A stretch of DNA of 64,000 nucleotides, taken from NCBI RefSeq assembly GCF_054482525.1, contig NZ_CM137006.1. One strand, 5' to 3'. Position numbers and translations under genes: made by a program. A model generated the notes under the pieces. The model had not been told where the DNA came from and searched no databases. It saw nothing but the letters and a program-made list of their open reading frames with translations. This document shows, in pieces, positions 9,761 through 20,806 of this stretch. The first letter of the stretch is position 1. Each line of letters starts with the position of its first letter.

Positions 9761-9951
9761 CTTTTGTTAACTCCTTTTTATAGATGCGGGAGGTAATTCC
9801 TCACCCCGGTGCCGATTTTCAGGCATCCTGATTTAACTTAGCACCCGCAACTTAACTACAGGAAAACAAAGAGATAAATGTCTAATCCTGATGCAAATCG
9901 AGCCGATTTTTTTATCTTTACGGACTTTTACCCGCCTGGTTTATTAATTTC

Positions 9952-9982
9952 TTGACCTTCCCCTTGCTGGAAGGTTTAACCT
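9952..9982 (+). promoter_or_regulatory. copA promoter with CueR (MerR-family) operator in 19-bp spacer
   Basis: TTGACC -35 followed by dyad CCTTCCCCTTGCTGGAAGG (9956-9974), then -10 region; matches the known PcopA/CueR box. Confidence 0.85.
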
Positions 9983-10022
9983 TTATCACAGCCAGTCAAA
10001 ACTGTCTTAAAAGGAGTGTTTT

Positions 10023-12527
10023 ATGTCACAAACTATCGACCTGACCCTGGACGGCCTGTCCTGCGGTCACTGCGTTAAACGCGTGAAAGAAAGTCTCGAA
10101 CAGCGCCCGGATGTTGAGCAGGCGGATGTGTCTGTCACTGAAGCGCACGTTACCGGGACTGCCAGTGCAGAACAGCTGATCGAAACCATCAAACAAGCGG
10201 GTTATGACGCATCTGTAAGCCACCCAAAGGCTAAACCGCTGGCGGAGTCATCAATCCCGTCGGAAGCACTGACAGCGGTTTCTGAGGCGCTTCCGGCAGC
10301 GACCGCCGATGACGATGACAGCCAGCAGTTGCTGCTGAGCGGCATGAGCTGCGCCAGCTGTGTCACCCGCGTACAAAATGCGCTGCAAAGCGTACCGGGC
10401 GTCACTCAGGCACGGGTAAACCTGGCGGAGCGTACTGCGCTGGTGATGGGCAGTGCCTCCCCACAAGATTTAGTGCAGGCGGTGGAAAAAGCGGGCTACG
10501 GCGCGGAAGCGATTGAAGATGACGCTAAACGCCGCGAGCGCCAGCAAGAAACCGCCGTCGCTACGATGAAGCGCTTCCGCTGGCAGGCAATTGTCGCACT
10601 GGCGGTGGGTATCCCGGTGATGGTCTGGGGGATGATCGGCGATAACATGATGGTCACCGCCGACAACCGCAGCCTGTGGTTGGTTATCGGCCTGATAACC
10701 CTGGCGGTAATGGTTTTCGCCGGCGGGCATTTTTACCGCAGCGCATGGAAAAGCCTGCTGAACGGTGCAGCGACGATGGATACGCTGGTGGCGCTAGGTA
10801 CTGGCGTGGCGTGGCTCTATTCGATGAGCGTCAACCTGTGGCCGCAGTGGTTCCCGATGGAAGCGCGACATCTTTATTACGAAGCCAGCGCGATGATTAT
10901 CGGTCTGATCAATCTCGGTCATATGCTGGAAGCGCGCGCACGTCAGCGTTCTTCAAAGGCGCTGGAGAAATTACTCGATTTAACCCCACCGACGGCGCGC
11001 CTGGTAACTGACGAAGGTGAAAAAAGCGTGCCGCTGGCAGATGTTCAGCCAGGTATGTTGCTGCGCCTGACGACCGGCGACCGTGTGCCGGTAGATGGTG
11101 AGATTACTCAAGGCGAAGCGTGGCTGGATGAAGCGATGCTGACGGGCGAACCTATCCCGCAGCAAAAAGGCGAAGGCGATAGCGTCCATGCCGGGACAGT
11201 GGTACAGGACGGCAGTGTGCTGTTTCGTGCCAGTGCGGTCGGCAGCCATACTACGCTGTCACGGATCATTCGCATGGTGCGACAGGCCCAGAGCAGCAAG
11301 CCTGAAATCGGCCAACTGGCGGATAAAATCTCCGCCGTGTTTGTGCCGGTAGTGGTAGTCATTGCGCTGATCAGTGCGGCAATCTGGTATTTCTTTGGTC
11401 CGGCACCGCAGATTGTCTATACCCTGGTGATTGCCACCACGGTGCTGATTATCGCCTGTCCGTGTGCGCTGGGACTGGCGACGCCGATGTCGATTATTTC
11501 GGGCGTCGGGCGGGCGGCTGAGTTTGGCGTGCTGGTGCGGGACGCCGACGCGCTGCAACGCGCCAGTACGCTCGACACCGTGGTGTTCGATAAAACCGGG
11601 ACGCTGACCGAAGGGAAGCCGCAGGTTGTCGCAGTGAAAACATTTGCTGATGTTGATGAAGCGCAAGCATTGCGTCTGGCGGCGGCGCTGGAGCAAGGTT
11701 CCAGCCACCCGCTGGCACGGGCGATCCTCGATAAAGCAGGTGATATGCAGCTACCGCAGGTCAACGGTTTCCGCACATTGCGCGGGCTGGGTGTGAGCGG
11801 TGAAGCTGAAGGTCATGCGGTATTGCTGGGCAATCAGGCGCTGTTAAATGACCAGCAAGTTGATACTAAAGCGATTGAGGCAGATATTTCAGCTCAGGCA
11901 TCGCAAGGGGCAACGCCTGTGCTGCTGGCGGTTGACGGGAAAGCGGTAGCCCTGCTGGCTGTACGCGATCCGTTGCGTAGTGATAGCGTGGCGGCGCTGC
12001 AACGCCTGCATAAAGCGGGATATCGTCTGGTGATGCTAACCGGGGATAACCCAACCACCGCCAATGCGATCGCCAAAGAAGCAGGGATTGATGAGGTGAT
12101 AGCCGGGGTGCTACCGGACGGTAAAGCCGAAGCGATCAAACGTCTGCAAAGTGAAGGACGTCAGGTGGCAATGGTGGGCGACGGCATTAACGACGCGCCA
12201 GCGCTGGCCCAGGCGGATGTCGGTATTGCGATGGGTGGCGGCAGTGATGTTGCCATTGAAACCGCGGCGATTACCCTGATGCGCCATAGCCTGATGGGTG
12301 TTGCAGATGCGCTCGCGATTTCCCGCGCAACGCTGCGCAATATGAAGCAGAACCTGCTCGGTGCGTTTATCTACAACAGCATTGGTATTCCGGTCGCCGC
12401 CGGTATTTTGTGGCCGTTCACTGGAACACTGCTTAACCCGGTGGTTGCCGGAGCGGCAATGGCGCTCTCGTCGATTACCGTAGTGAGTAACGCCAACCGA
12501 TTGCTGCGGTTTAAACCGAAGGAATAA
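10023..12527 (+). CDS. copA: Cu(I)-exporting P-type ATPase
   Basis: 834-aa ORF with two N-terminal CxxC metal-binding domains ([16 protein letters not shown]), CPC motif ([12 protein letters not shown]) and DKTGTLT phosphorylation motif. Confidence 0.97.
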   Translation: MSQTIDLTLDGLSCGHCVKRVKESLEQRPDVEQADVSVTEAHVTGTASAEQLIETIKQAGYDASVSHPKAKPLAESSIPSEALTAVSEALPAATADDDDSQQLLLSGMSCASCVTRVQNALQSVPGVTQARVNLAERTALVMGSASPQDLVQAVEKAGYGAEAIEDDAKRRERQQETAVATMKRFRWQAIVALAVGIPVMVWGMIGDNMMVTADNRSLWLVIGLITLAVMVFAGGHFYRSAWKSLLNGAATMDTLVALGTGVAWLYSMSVNLWPQWFPMEARHLYYEASAMIIGLINLGHMLEARARQRSSKALEKLLDLTPPTARLVTDEGEKSVPLADVQPGMLLRLTTGDRVPVDGEITQGEAWLDEAMLTGEPIPQQKGEGDSVHAGTVVQDGSVLFRASAVGSHTTLSRIIRMVRQAQSSKPEIGQLADKISAVFVPVVVVIALISAAIWYFFGPAPQIVYTLVIATTVLIIACPCALGLATPMSIISGVGRAAEFGVLVRDADALQRASTLDTVVFDKTGTLTEGKPQVVAVKTFADVDEAQALRLAAALEQGSSHPLARAILDKAGDMQLPQVNGFRTLRGLGVSGEAEGHAVLLGNQALLNDQQVDTKAIEADISAQASQGATPVLLAVDGKAVALLAVRDPLRSDSVAALQRLHKAGYRLVMLTGDNPTTANAIAKEAGIDEVIAGVLPDGKAEAIKRLQSEGRQVAMVGDGINDAPALAQADVGIAMGGGSDVAIETAAITLMRHSLMGVADALAISRATLRNMKQNLLGAFIYNSIGIPVAAGILWPFTGTLLNPVVAGAAMALSSITVVSNANRLLRFKPKE
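10223..10229 (+). other. copA: Programmed -1 ribosomal frameshift site in copA (slippery CCCAAAG) producing the short CopA(Z) metallochaperone
   Basis: C CCA AAG at codons 68-69; -1 frame reads CCC AAA GGC TAA, terminating immediately, as described for CopA(Z). Confidence 0.8.
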
Positions 12528-12698
12528 GTACATCATTACGGATGCACTGCTTTAGGGTGGCGCATCCGTTATAGGGAAATTATTCTACGCGACCTTTTTT
12601 GCACGCATACAAACACATCAAACAAGTCCCCAACTCCATTTGCGATTTGCGCCATCCCTCCCCGCGCGCTAGCATGATATTTCACAAAGGGAGGTCGT

Positions 12699-13493
12699 AT
12701 GGATCTGTTGTACCGGGTAAAAACGCTTTGGGCCGCGCTGCGCGGTAATCATTACACCTGGCCTGCTATCGATATCTCTCTTCCCGGCAATCGCCATTTT
12801 CATCTGATTGGCAGTATTCATATGGGCAGCCACGATATGGCTCCCCTGCCCACCCGTTTGCTCAAAAAGCTCAAAAACGCCGATGCGCTGATCGTCGAGG
12901 CGGATGTTTCCACCAGCGATACGCCTTTTGCTAATTTGCCTGCCTGCGAGGCGCTGGAAGAGCGCATTAGCGAGGAGCAACTCCAAAACCTGCAGCACAT
13001 TAGCCAGGAGATGGGCATTTCTACCTCACTCTTTTCTACCCAACCGCTGTGGCAAATCGCGATGGTTCTTCAGGCGACGCAGGCACAAAAACTGGGGCTG
13101 CGGGCAGAATACGGTATCGATTACCAGCTATTGCAGGCGGCGAAGCAACAACATAAACCCGTGATTGAACTGGAAGGGGCAGAAAACCAGATTGCCATGT
13201 TGCTCCAGCTCCCTGACAACGGACTGGCGCTGCTGGACGATACGCTGACCCACTGGCACACCAATGCACGGTTGCTGCAACAAATGATGAGCTGGTGGCT
13301 GAATGCGCCGCCGCAAAATAATGAAATAACGCTGCCTAATACGTTCAGTCAATCGCTGTACGATGTGCTGATGCATCAGCGAAATCTCGCCTGGCGGGAC
13401 AAATTATGCGCCATGCCGCCGGGGCGCTATGTGGTCGCAGTCGGTGCACTACACCTGTATGGAGAAGGGAATTTGCCGCAGATGTTGCGCTAA
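12699..13493 (+). CDS. ybaP: TraB/GumN family protein YbaP
   Basis: 264-aa ORF MDLLYRVKTLWAALRGNHYTWPAIDISLPGNRHFHLIGSIHMG..., recognised as E. coli YbaP. Confidence 0.9.
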   Translation: MDLLYRVKTLWAALRGNHYTWPAIDISLPGNRHFHLIGSIHMGSHDMAPLPTRLLKKLKNADALIVEADVSTSDTPFANLPACEALEERISEEQLQNLQHISQEMGISTSLFSTQPLWQIAMVLQATQAQKLGLRAEYGIDYQLLQAAKQQHKPVIELEGAENQIAMLLQLPDNGLALLDDTLTHWHTNARLLQQMMSWWLNAPPQNNEITLPNTFSQSLYDVLMHQRNLAWRDKLCAMPPGRYVVAVGALHLYGEGNLPQMLR

Positions 13494-13575
13494 AAAAATG
13501 GCCAATATCGCTATTGGCCCGTCAAAGAGGAATTTCATTTTTTTATTATTATGCCGTCACTTTAAGCGACGGTGT
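13494..13575 (-). ncRNA. chiX: ChiX (MicM/SroB) small regulatory RNA
   Basis: Reverse complement reads ACACCGTCGCTTAAAGTGACGGCATAATAATAAAAAAATGAAATTCCTCTTTGACGGGCCAATAGCGATATTGGCCATTTTTTT, matching my recollection of ChiX, including the terminator hairpin GGCCAATAGCGATATTGGCC plus U-tract; located in the ybaP-ybaK spacer as in K-12. Confidence 0.85.
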
Positions 13576-13681
13576 AACTCGATTGTCGCTCAATCTCACC
13601 ATCCTGCCAATACTCTTAGGCAAGATGACTCTTTTTTTTGGACCGCCATCAGGCGTATGCTTGCTTCGTTTTTTTGTTTAA

Positions 13682-14176
<495 letters not shown>

Positions 14177-14212
14177 GCATTGTGCCGGATGCAAATATCC
14201 GGCACTTTCGGA

Positions 14213-15865
14213 TTACTGCCAGCTCACCTCACCTTTCGGTTCATAGACACTCACATCCAGCGGCGAGCTCTTCTGGATATACGCTTTCAGCACTTCGGCA
14301 TCAATAAAGCCGGTATTCACATAGCCCGGTTTGTTATCAAGGCGCGGATAGCCATCACCGCCGGTGGCATTGAAGTTTAATGTCGCCATACGATAAGTTT
14401 TCGCCGGATCGACCGGTTCGCCTTTGATTTTAAGGTCGTCCAGTTTGCCGCCTTTCGCCACAAAGCTAACGTTAGCAAATTGCGGGTAGGCACCTGAATC
14501 TGGCTTCATCTGCGCAACGGCGGTCAGGTAATCAATCACCTCTTTCCCGGTCATGTCGGCATACACCACCACATTGCCGAATGGCTGCACTTTCAGCACG
14601 TTTTTATAGCTGATATCGCCTGCTTCGATAGAATCACGAATTCCGCCTCCACTCATCACCGCAAAGTCAGCACCAGTGCGATCCATTTGGGCTGCCAGAA
14701 TCAACCGCCCCATATTGGTCTGTACAAAACGCACTTTGTCACGATCGCCTTCCAGACGACCATTGGTTTCGCCTATTTTCACTTCCAGCTGCGCTTTGCC
14801 TTTGTTCTGGAACGGTGATAACAGCGAGATCATTTGCTGGTTTTCAGCGATTTCAGGAGTGTAAAGCACGCGCTCGCTTTTCCCGTCTTCCCAGGTAACT
14901 TTCTTCTTCAGGTTCACCGGAATCAGCTGGTAGTTAACCATTTTCATTTCGCCATTACGAAACTCAAAATCAGCCCGTCCCACGTATTTGCCCCACTCAT
15001 GCGCCTGCACAATCCAGATGCCGTTTTGTTGATCCGGTTTGCATGGCGTACCCGGCACGTAATCGACCTGTTTTTTGTTTTCTGCCGCCATGCAGACCGG
15101 ATCTTGCGAGTGACCACCGACGATCATCGCCAGCGATCCGGCAGGCAGCGCGCGCGCCATCTCCACATCGCCCGGTGCGTTAGAGCCGTGCTCACCATTG
15201 TCGTAATGCCCCATATGGGTCGCCGCGATAATAATGTCTGGCTTTTCTGTCTGTTGCAGCTCCTGAATCACCAGCTTCGCTTCATCGGCGGGCTTACGGA
15301 ACTCAATATCGGTGAAGTTTTCTGGGTTGCCTAACTTCGCTGTGTCATCCGTCGTCAGGCCAATAACGGCAATTTTCAGATCCTGACGCTTAAACAGCGC
15401 CCATGGTTTAAACAGGCGCTCGCCGGTACTTTTCTGGTAGATATTGGCAGAAAGTAACGGGAACTTTGCCCACTTTTCCTGCTGGCGTAATACGGTGAGC
15501 GGGTTATCAAATTCATGATTACCGATTGCCATCGCATCGTAACCCACCAGATTCATGCCGCGAAAATCAGGTTCGGCATCCTGTAAGTCAGACTCGGGCA
15601 CGCCAGTGTTAATGTCGCCACCGGAAAGTAGCAGCACGCTACCGCCTTCAGCCGCAACCTCTTTGCGGATACCATCCACCAGCGTTTTTTGCGCCGCCAG
15701 ACCATATTCGCCATATTCATTGCGCCAAAAATGCCCATGATGATCATTGGTGTGCAGAACTGTAATTTTGTAGGTTTTATCCTGCTCATACGCCAGAGCA
15801 GTTTCACTCGCCAGTGTAAATGTGGTTAACAGTGCTAACGCCACGCCCCGCTGCAATAATTTCAT
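14213..15865 (-). CDS. ushA: Periplasmic 5'-nucleotidase / UDP-sugar hydrolase
   Basis: 550-aa ORF with signal peptide and metallophosphatase motifs (VLHTNDHHGHF, GNHEFD). Confidence 0.95.
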   Translation of the reverse strand: MKLLQRGVALALLTTFTLASETALAYEQDKTYKITVLHTNDHHGHFWRNEYGEYGLAAQKTLVDGIRKEVAAEGGSVLLLSGGDINTGVPESDLQDAEPDFRGMNLVGYDAMAIGNHEFDNPLTVLRQQEKWAKFPLLSANIYQKSTGERLFKPWALFKRQDLKIAVIGLTTDDTAKLGNPENFTDIEFRKPADEAKLVIQELQQTEKPDIIIAATHMGHYDNGEHGSNAPGDVEMARALPAGSLAMIVGGHSQDPVCMAAENKKQVDYVPGTPCKPDQQNGIWIVQAHEWGKYVGRADFEFRNGEMKMVNYQLIPVNLKKKVTWEDGKSERVLYTPEIAENQQMISLLSPFQNKGKAQLEVKIGETNGRLEGDRDKVRFVQTNMGRLILAAQMDRTGADFAVMSGGGIRDSIEAGDISYKNVLKVQPFGNVVVYADMTGKEVIDYLTAVAQMKPDSGAYPQFANVSFVAKGGKLDDLKIKGEPVDPAKTYRMATLNFNATGGDGYPRLDNKPGYVNTGFIDAEVLKAYIQKSSPLDVSVYEPKGEVSWQ

Positions 15866-16082
15866 ACTTCTCTCCCTGACCTGATTTCAACGTGTTGAAA
15901 AATAGTATGACGCGACATCATAGACAAGTCTGCGTCCGGTGAAGATAAATCTGCATCCAGATTAGAAATTCTGTATTCAGCGTTGAGACTTCCTTCAGGC
16001 GACGCATACAGGTATGTTAGTCGGGTAATAATCACAAATAAGATCATTCTTTACATCGCAACCCTGAAAAAGTGACTTTCCT

Positions 16083-17303
16083 ATGGCAATGAGTGAACAA
16101 ACCCAGCCTGTGGCGGGCGCGGCTGCGTCAACGACCAAGGCCCGAACATCGTTTGGTATTTTAGGTGCTATCAGCCTCTCACATCTGCTGAACGACATGA
16201 TCCAATCGCTGATTCTGGCGATTTATCCACTGCTTCAGTCAGAATTTTCTCTGACATTTATGCAGATTGGCATGATAACCCTCACCTTCCAGCTCGCCTC
16301 TTCGCTACTGCAACCGGTGGTCGGCTACTGGACCGATAAATATCCGATGCCGTGGTCGTTGCCGATTGGCATGTGCTTTACCTTAAGTGGTCTGGTGCTA
16401 CTGGCGCTGGCGGGCAGTTTTGGCGCAGTTCTGCTGGCGGCGGCGCTGGTCGGTACCGGTTCATCGGTCTTTCATCCGGAATCTTCTCGCGTGGCCCGTA
16501 TGGCTTCTGGCGGGCGTCATGGCCTGGCGCAATCTATCTTTCAGGTCGGCGGCAACTTTGGCAGTTCCCTGGGGCCCTTGCTGGCGGCGGTGATTATCGC
16601 GCCTTATGGTAAAGGCAACGTTGCCTGGTTTGTGCTTGCGGCACTGCTGGCGATCGTGGTGTTGGCGCAAATCAGCCGTTGGTACTCGGCACAGCACCGA
16701 ATGAATAAAGGAAAACCCAAAGCGACGATTATCAATCCACTGCCGCGAAACAAAGTGGTACTGGCGGTCAGCATTCTGTTAATCCTCATTTTCTCGAAAT
16801 ATTTCTATATGGCGAGCATCAGCAGCTATTACACCTTTTATCTGATGCAAAAATTCGGATTATCTATCCAGAATGCTCAGCTTCATCTGTTTGCCTTCCT
16901 GTTTGCCGTTGCGGCAGGTACGGTGATCGGCGGGCCTGTAGGGGATAAAATTGGGCGGAAATATGTGATTTGGGGCTCTATCCTCGGCGTTGCGCCGTTT
17001 ACGCTGATTTTACCCTACGCCAGCCTGCACTGGACGGGGGTTTTAACGGTGATTATTGGATTTATCCTCGCTTCGGCATTCTCTGCCATTCTGGTCTACG
17101 CTCAGGAGCTACTTCCGGGACGTATCGGTATGGTTTCTGGACTCTTTTTCGGTTTTGCTTTTGGCATGGGAGGTCTGGGAGCGGCAGTTCTGGGGCTTAT
17201 CGCCGATCACACCAGCATCGAGTTAGTCTATAAAATCTGTGCTTTCCTGCCACTATTGGGGATGTTGACCATATTCCTGCCTGATAACCGGCATAAAGAG
17301 TGA
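16083..17303 (+). CDS. fsr: Fosmidomycin resistance MFS transporter
   Basis: 406-aa MFS-type membrane protein, recognised as Fsr; conserved position between ushA and ybaL. Confidence 0.9.
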   Translation: MAMSEQTQPVAGAAASTTKARTSFGILGAISLSHLLNDMIQSLILAIYPLLQSEFSLTFMQIGMITLTFQLASSLLQPVVGYWTDKYPMPWSLPIGMCFTLSGLVLLALAGSFGAVLLAAALVGTGSSVFHPESSRVARMASGGRHGLAQSIFQVGGNFGSSLGPLLAAVIIAPYGKGNVAWFVLAALLAIVVLAQISRWYSAQHRMNKGKPKATIINPLPRNKVVLAVSILLILIFSKYFYMASISSYYTFYLMQKFGLSIQNAQLHLFAFLFAVAAGTVIGGPVGDKIGRKYVIWGSILGVAPFTLILPYASLHWTGVLTVIIGFILASAFSAILVYAQELLPGRIGMVSGLFFGFAFGMGGLGAAVLGLIADHTSIELVYKICAFLPLLGMLTIFLPDNRHKE

Positions 17304-17541
17304 TTTCATTGCAGCCAAAGGCAAACTTTGGCTGCATCATTTTACAGTCGCCATAAGCCTTTCCTCTGTTAAACCGCCTTCAGTTTTCCGATCCGTGCTT
17401 TTTTTTGCAGCTAATTCCATTTTTCTGCAAAATTCAACAATTATTCATAAACATCATCAATGAAATTGTCATAAACTATTACCTGTAATTTTGGTTTTCC
17501 CGGCCAAAAATGGACAATAACCACCAGGAAAAGGAGACGGA

Positions 17542-19218
17542 ATGCATCACGCCACCCCGCTTATCACCACCATTGTTGGCGGCCTTGTGCTCGCCTTTAT
17601 CCTCGGCATGCTGGCCAATAAACTACGTATTTCTCCTCTGGTGGGATATCTGTTAGCGGGTGTGCTGGCAGGACCATTCACTCCGGGCTTTGTTGCCGAT
17701 ACCAAGCTTGCGCCGGAACTGGCTGAACTGGGCGTCATTCTGTTGATGTTTGGCGTGGGTCTGCACTTTTCGCTGAAGGATTTGATGGCGGTAAAGGCCA
17801 TCGCCATTCCCGGCGCGATCGCCCAGATAGCCGTGGCGACGCTGCTGGGTATGGCGCTCTCCGCCGTGCTGGGCTGGTCGTTAATGACCGGTATCGTGTT
17901 CGGCTTATGCCTTTCCACCGCCAGTACCGTGGTGTTACTGCGCGCACTTGAAGAACGGCAATTAATAGACAGTCAGCGTGGGCAAATCGCCATCGGTTGG
18001 TTGATTGTGGAAGACCTGGTAATGGTTCTGACGCTGGTGTTGCTGCCCGCAGTGGCAGGAATGATGGAACAAGGCGATGTGGGCTTTGCCACTCTTGCTG
18101 TCGATATGGGGATCACCATCGGCAAGGTGATCGCATTTATCGCCATTATGATGCTGGTAGGTCGCCGTCTGGTGCCGTGGATTATGGCACGCAGCGCAGC
18201 AACCGGTTCCCGTGAGCTGTTTACCCTGTCGGTGCTGGCGCTGGCGTTAGGGATTGCCTTTGGTGCGGTGGAGCTGTTTGATGTCTCCTTTGCACTCGGT
18301 GCGTTCTTTGCCGGGATGGTACTGAACGAGTCTGAACTGAGTCACCGTGCCGCCCACGATACGCTGCCATTGCGCGACGCGTTTGCGGTGCTGTTTTTTG
18401 TCTCCGTCGGGATGTTGTTTGATCCGTTAATTCTGATTCAGCAACCGCTGGCAGTGCTGGCGACGCTGGCGATTATTCTGTTTGGTAAGTCGTTAGCCGC
18501 GTTTTTCCTGGTGCGACTGTTTGGTCACTCCCAACGTACGGCATTAACTATCGCCGCCAGCCTGGCGCAAATTGGTGAGTTCGCGTTTATCCTGGCGGGA
18601 CTGGGCATGGCGCTGGATCTGTTGCCGCAAGCCGGGCAGAACCTGGTACTGGCAGGGGCGATTTTGTCGATTATGCTCAATCCGGTCCTGTTTGCGCTGC
18701 TGGAGAAATATCTGGCGAAGACCGAAACGCTGGAAGAGCAGACGCTGGAAGAGGCTATCGAAGAAGAGAAGCAGATCCCAGTGGATATTTGCAACCATGC
18801 GCTACTGGTAGGTTACGGTCGTGTAGGCAGCCTGCTGGGGGAGAAATTGCTCGCCTCTGATATTCCGCTGGTGGTGATTGAGACGTCACGAACCCGTGTT
18901 GATGAACTGCGAGAGCGCGGGGTCCGCGCAGTATTGGGCAATGCGGCGAACGAAGAAATTATGCAACTGGCGCATCTGGAATGTGCTAAATGGCTGATCC
19001 TGACGATTCCCAACGGTTATGAAGCGGGCGAGATTGTGGCATCTGCCCGCGCGAAAAATCCGGATATTGAGATTATCGCCCGCGCCCATTATGACGATGA
19101 AGTGGCGTATATCACCGAACGTGGCGCGAATCAGGTAGTGATGGGTGAGCGTGAAATTGCCCGTACTATGCTGGAACTGCTGGAAACGCCACCGGCGGGT
19201 GAGGTGGTGACGGGGTAA
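17542..19218 (+). CDS. ybaL: CPA2-family cation/proton antiporter with C-terminal TrkA-N (RCK) domain, YbaL
   Basis: 558-aa ORF; N-terminal Na+/H+-exchanger-like membrane domain, C-terminal Rossmann-like GYGRVG motif. Confidence 0.9.
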   Translation: MHHATPLITTIVGGLVLAFILGMLANKLRISPLVGYLLAGVLAGPFTPGFVADTKLAPELAELGVILLMFGVGLHFSLKDLMAVKAIAIPGAIAQIAVATLLGMALSAVLGWSLMTGIVFGLCLSTASTVVLLRALEERQLIDSQRGQIAIGWLIVEDLVMVLTLVLLPAVAGMMEQGDVGFATLAVDMGITIGKVIAFIAIMMLVGRRLVPWIMARSAATGSRELFTLSVLALALGIAFGAVELFDVSFALGAFFAGMVLNESELSHRAAHDTLPLRDAFAVLFFVSVGMLFDPLILIQQPLAVLATLAIILFGKSLAAFFLVRLFGHSQRTALTIAASLAQIGEFAFILAGLGMALDLLPQAGQNLVLAGAILSIMLNPVLFALLEKYLAKTETLEEQTLEEAIEEEKQIPVDICNHALLVGYGRVGSLLGEKLLASDIPLVVIETSRTRVDELRERGVRAVLGNAANEEIMQLAHLECAKWLILTIPNGYEAGEIVASARAKNPDIEIIARAHYDDEVAYITERGANQVVMGEREIARTMLELLETPPAGEVVTG

Positions 19219-19220
19219 AC

Positions 19221-19350
19221 CGTGGTTGCCGGATGTAAAATATGAAAAATATGTAGGCATGATAAGACGCGCCAGCGTCGCATCAGGCATCGAGAGCCAA
19301 ATGCCAGATGCGGCGTGAACGCCTTATCTGGCCTACGAACCGACGATAAC
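19221..19350. repeat. REP/BIME repetitive extragenic palindromes between convergent ybaL and gsk
   Basis: Tandem imperfect palindromes of the GCCGGATG...CATCAGGC / GCCAGATGCGGCGTGAACGCCTTATCTGGCCTAC type. Confidence 0.75.
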
Positions 19351-20655
19351 TTAACGATCCCAGTAAGACTCTTCCAGGCTGTCTTCACGCTCCGGCAAGC
19401 CGCGCGTTAAACGAGGTGAATGCTGGTTCAGTACCTGATAGCTCACACGGTTAGCATATTTACACACCTGCGCTAACGATGAATAAGTTAACCAGGTGAA
19501 TTTATGTTTGCTGGAGTTTGGTACGTTGCTACGGTGGTAGCTGTTGGCGGTAATGTCATGCAGCAAGGCTGCCAGTGCGCCATCCCCTGCTCCGTTAGTG
19601 TTCATGATTTTTTCCGGCCCGCCCATGTACGGCGCAATGTGCGAATAGACACGCAGCGGATTCTGGCAATCCTTGTGGCGCATGGCGCGGCTAAACTCAT
19701 ACTGGTTAAATTCCGCTATAGCGCCCGGCAGCAACGGATGCTGGGTTTTACGTTTCGCTTCGTCTTCAGTAAAGCCCGCCATATACAAGCCGATTGGCCC
19801 GGCGGTGCACAGCACCAGATCAACCCAGTCCAGCGCCTTGTCAGATGCCAACAACGGATCGCTTTCTCCGGTCAACGCTTCGGCCTCATCTTCGTTCATC
19901 GCAAGGATAGAGACGTGATCTTTGAGGAATTGCTGCCACCACTGCGGATTCTCGGCAATGACAAACTTGGTGCCCAGCGTCAGCACCACCGGTACGTTAT
20001 ATTTCTTCGCGTACTCAATGGCTTTCATGGTTGCTTCCGGCATGGGTTCACCCGGCTTGCAACGCACCAGATAAGAAGTGAGAACCAGTGCCGAGGCTCC
20101 GGCAATCACATCTTCCGGAATACTTTCAGCCCGCAGCTGGTTCATGTGGCCAGGGCTGATAGCAAAGGTACGTTCCCCGGACTCGCCAATCAGCGTAAAG
20201 CAACGACCAATCGGGCCATCCACGCCTTGTAGATAGTTAAGATCGGTACGGCTGGAGGTGTTACACAGGTAACGATAGGCATAGCTGCCAATTTCAATAT
20301 TGCTGCACATGACGCCCAGCAGCACCGAACGGTCGTCCGCGAGCACCGAGTAGTTGTGCATGGTGTTACCAATAGTGCCACCCGCAAATTGATGGGTAAT
20401 CAGGTTTTTCTGTTTTAGTTCCTGATAAAGCGCTTCGGCTACGTCATCCTCAATCACCAGTGAATGCCCGGCGCTTAATCCATAACGCTCAATGAATTCG
20501 TCATCCACTTTCGCTTCAATATCGACCAGCGTTTGATCGATACCCACTACCCAGGCGGCGCTGGTTTCGTTTTCTGGCTGGAACTGCTGAAGCAGCGGAT
20601 CGCGTGCATTTACAGGGAAGTAATGTTTGGATTTACGTTTACCGGGAAATTTCAT
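19351..20655 (-). CDS. gsk: Inosine-guanosine kinase
   Basis: 434-aa ORF MKFPGKRKSKHYFPVNARDPLLQQF..., recognised as Gsk. Confidence 0.95.
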   Translation of the reverse strand: MKFPGKRKSKHYFPVNARDPLLQQFQPENETSAAWVVGIDQTLVDIEAKVDDEFIERYGLSAGHSLVIEDDVAEALYQELKQKNLITHQFAGGTIGNTMHNYSVLADDRSVLLGVMCSNIEIGSYAYRYLCNTSSRTDLNYLQGVDGPIGRCFTLIGESGERTFAISPGHMNQLRAESIPEDVIAGASALVLTSYLVRCKPGEPMPEATMKAIEYAKKYNVPVVLTLGTKFVIAENPQWWQQFLKDHVSILAMNEDEAEALTGESDPLLASDKALDWVDLVLCTAGPIGLYMAGFTEDEAKRKTQHPLLPGAIAEFNQYEFSRAMRHKDCQNPLRVYSHIAPYMGGPEKIMNTNGAGDGALAALLHDITANSYHRSNVPNSSKHKFTWLTYSSLAQVCKYANRVSYQVLNQHSPRLTRGLPEREDSLEESYWDR

Positions 20656-20806
20656 GGTTGTTTTTACGGGTGGTTAACTGAGCGGCGAATGTTAACACAA
20701 TCTGACGGGAGCGCGCGAGACGCAGCCAGTTTCAATATCAGCAGGCGGGATCGCATTTTCATGGCAGTGGTTCCTTACAATGACGTAATTTGAAAGGAGT
20801 TTTTGC

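Noticed and set aside
12539-12568. Possible terminator hairpin after copA (GGATGCAC...GCGCATCC)
   Set aside because: Stem is imperfect and there is no following T-tract; not confident enough to annotate.
12669-12998. 109-aa minus-strand ORF near the expected ybaQ position
   Set aside because: Overlaps the ybaP start and coding region in antisense; has no HTH motif and is not YbaQ.
19504-20232. 242-aa plus-strand ORF
   Set aside because: Antisense to gsk.
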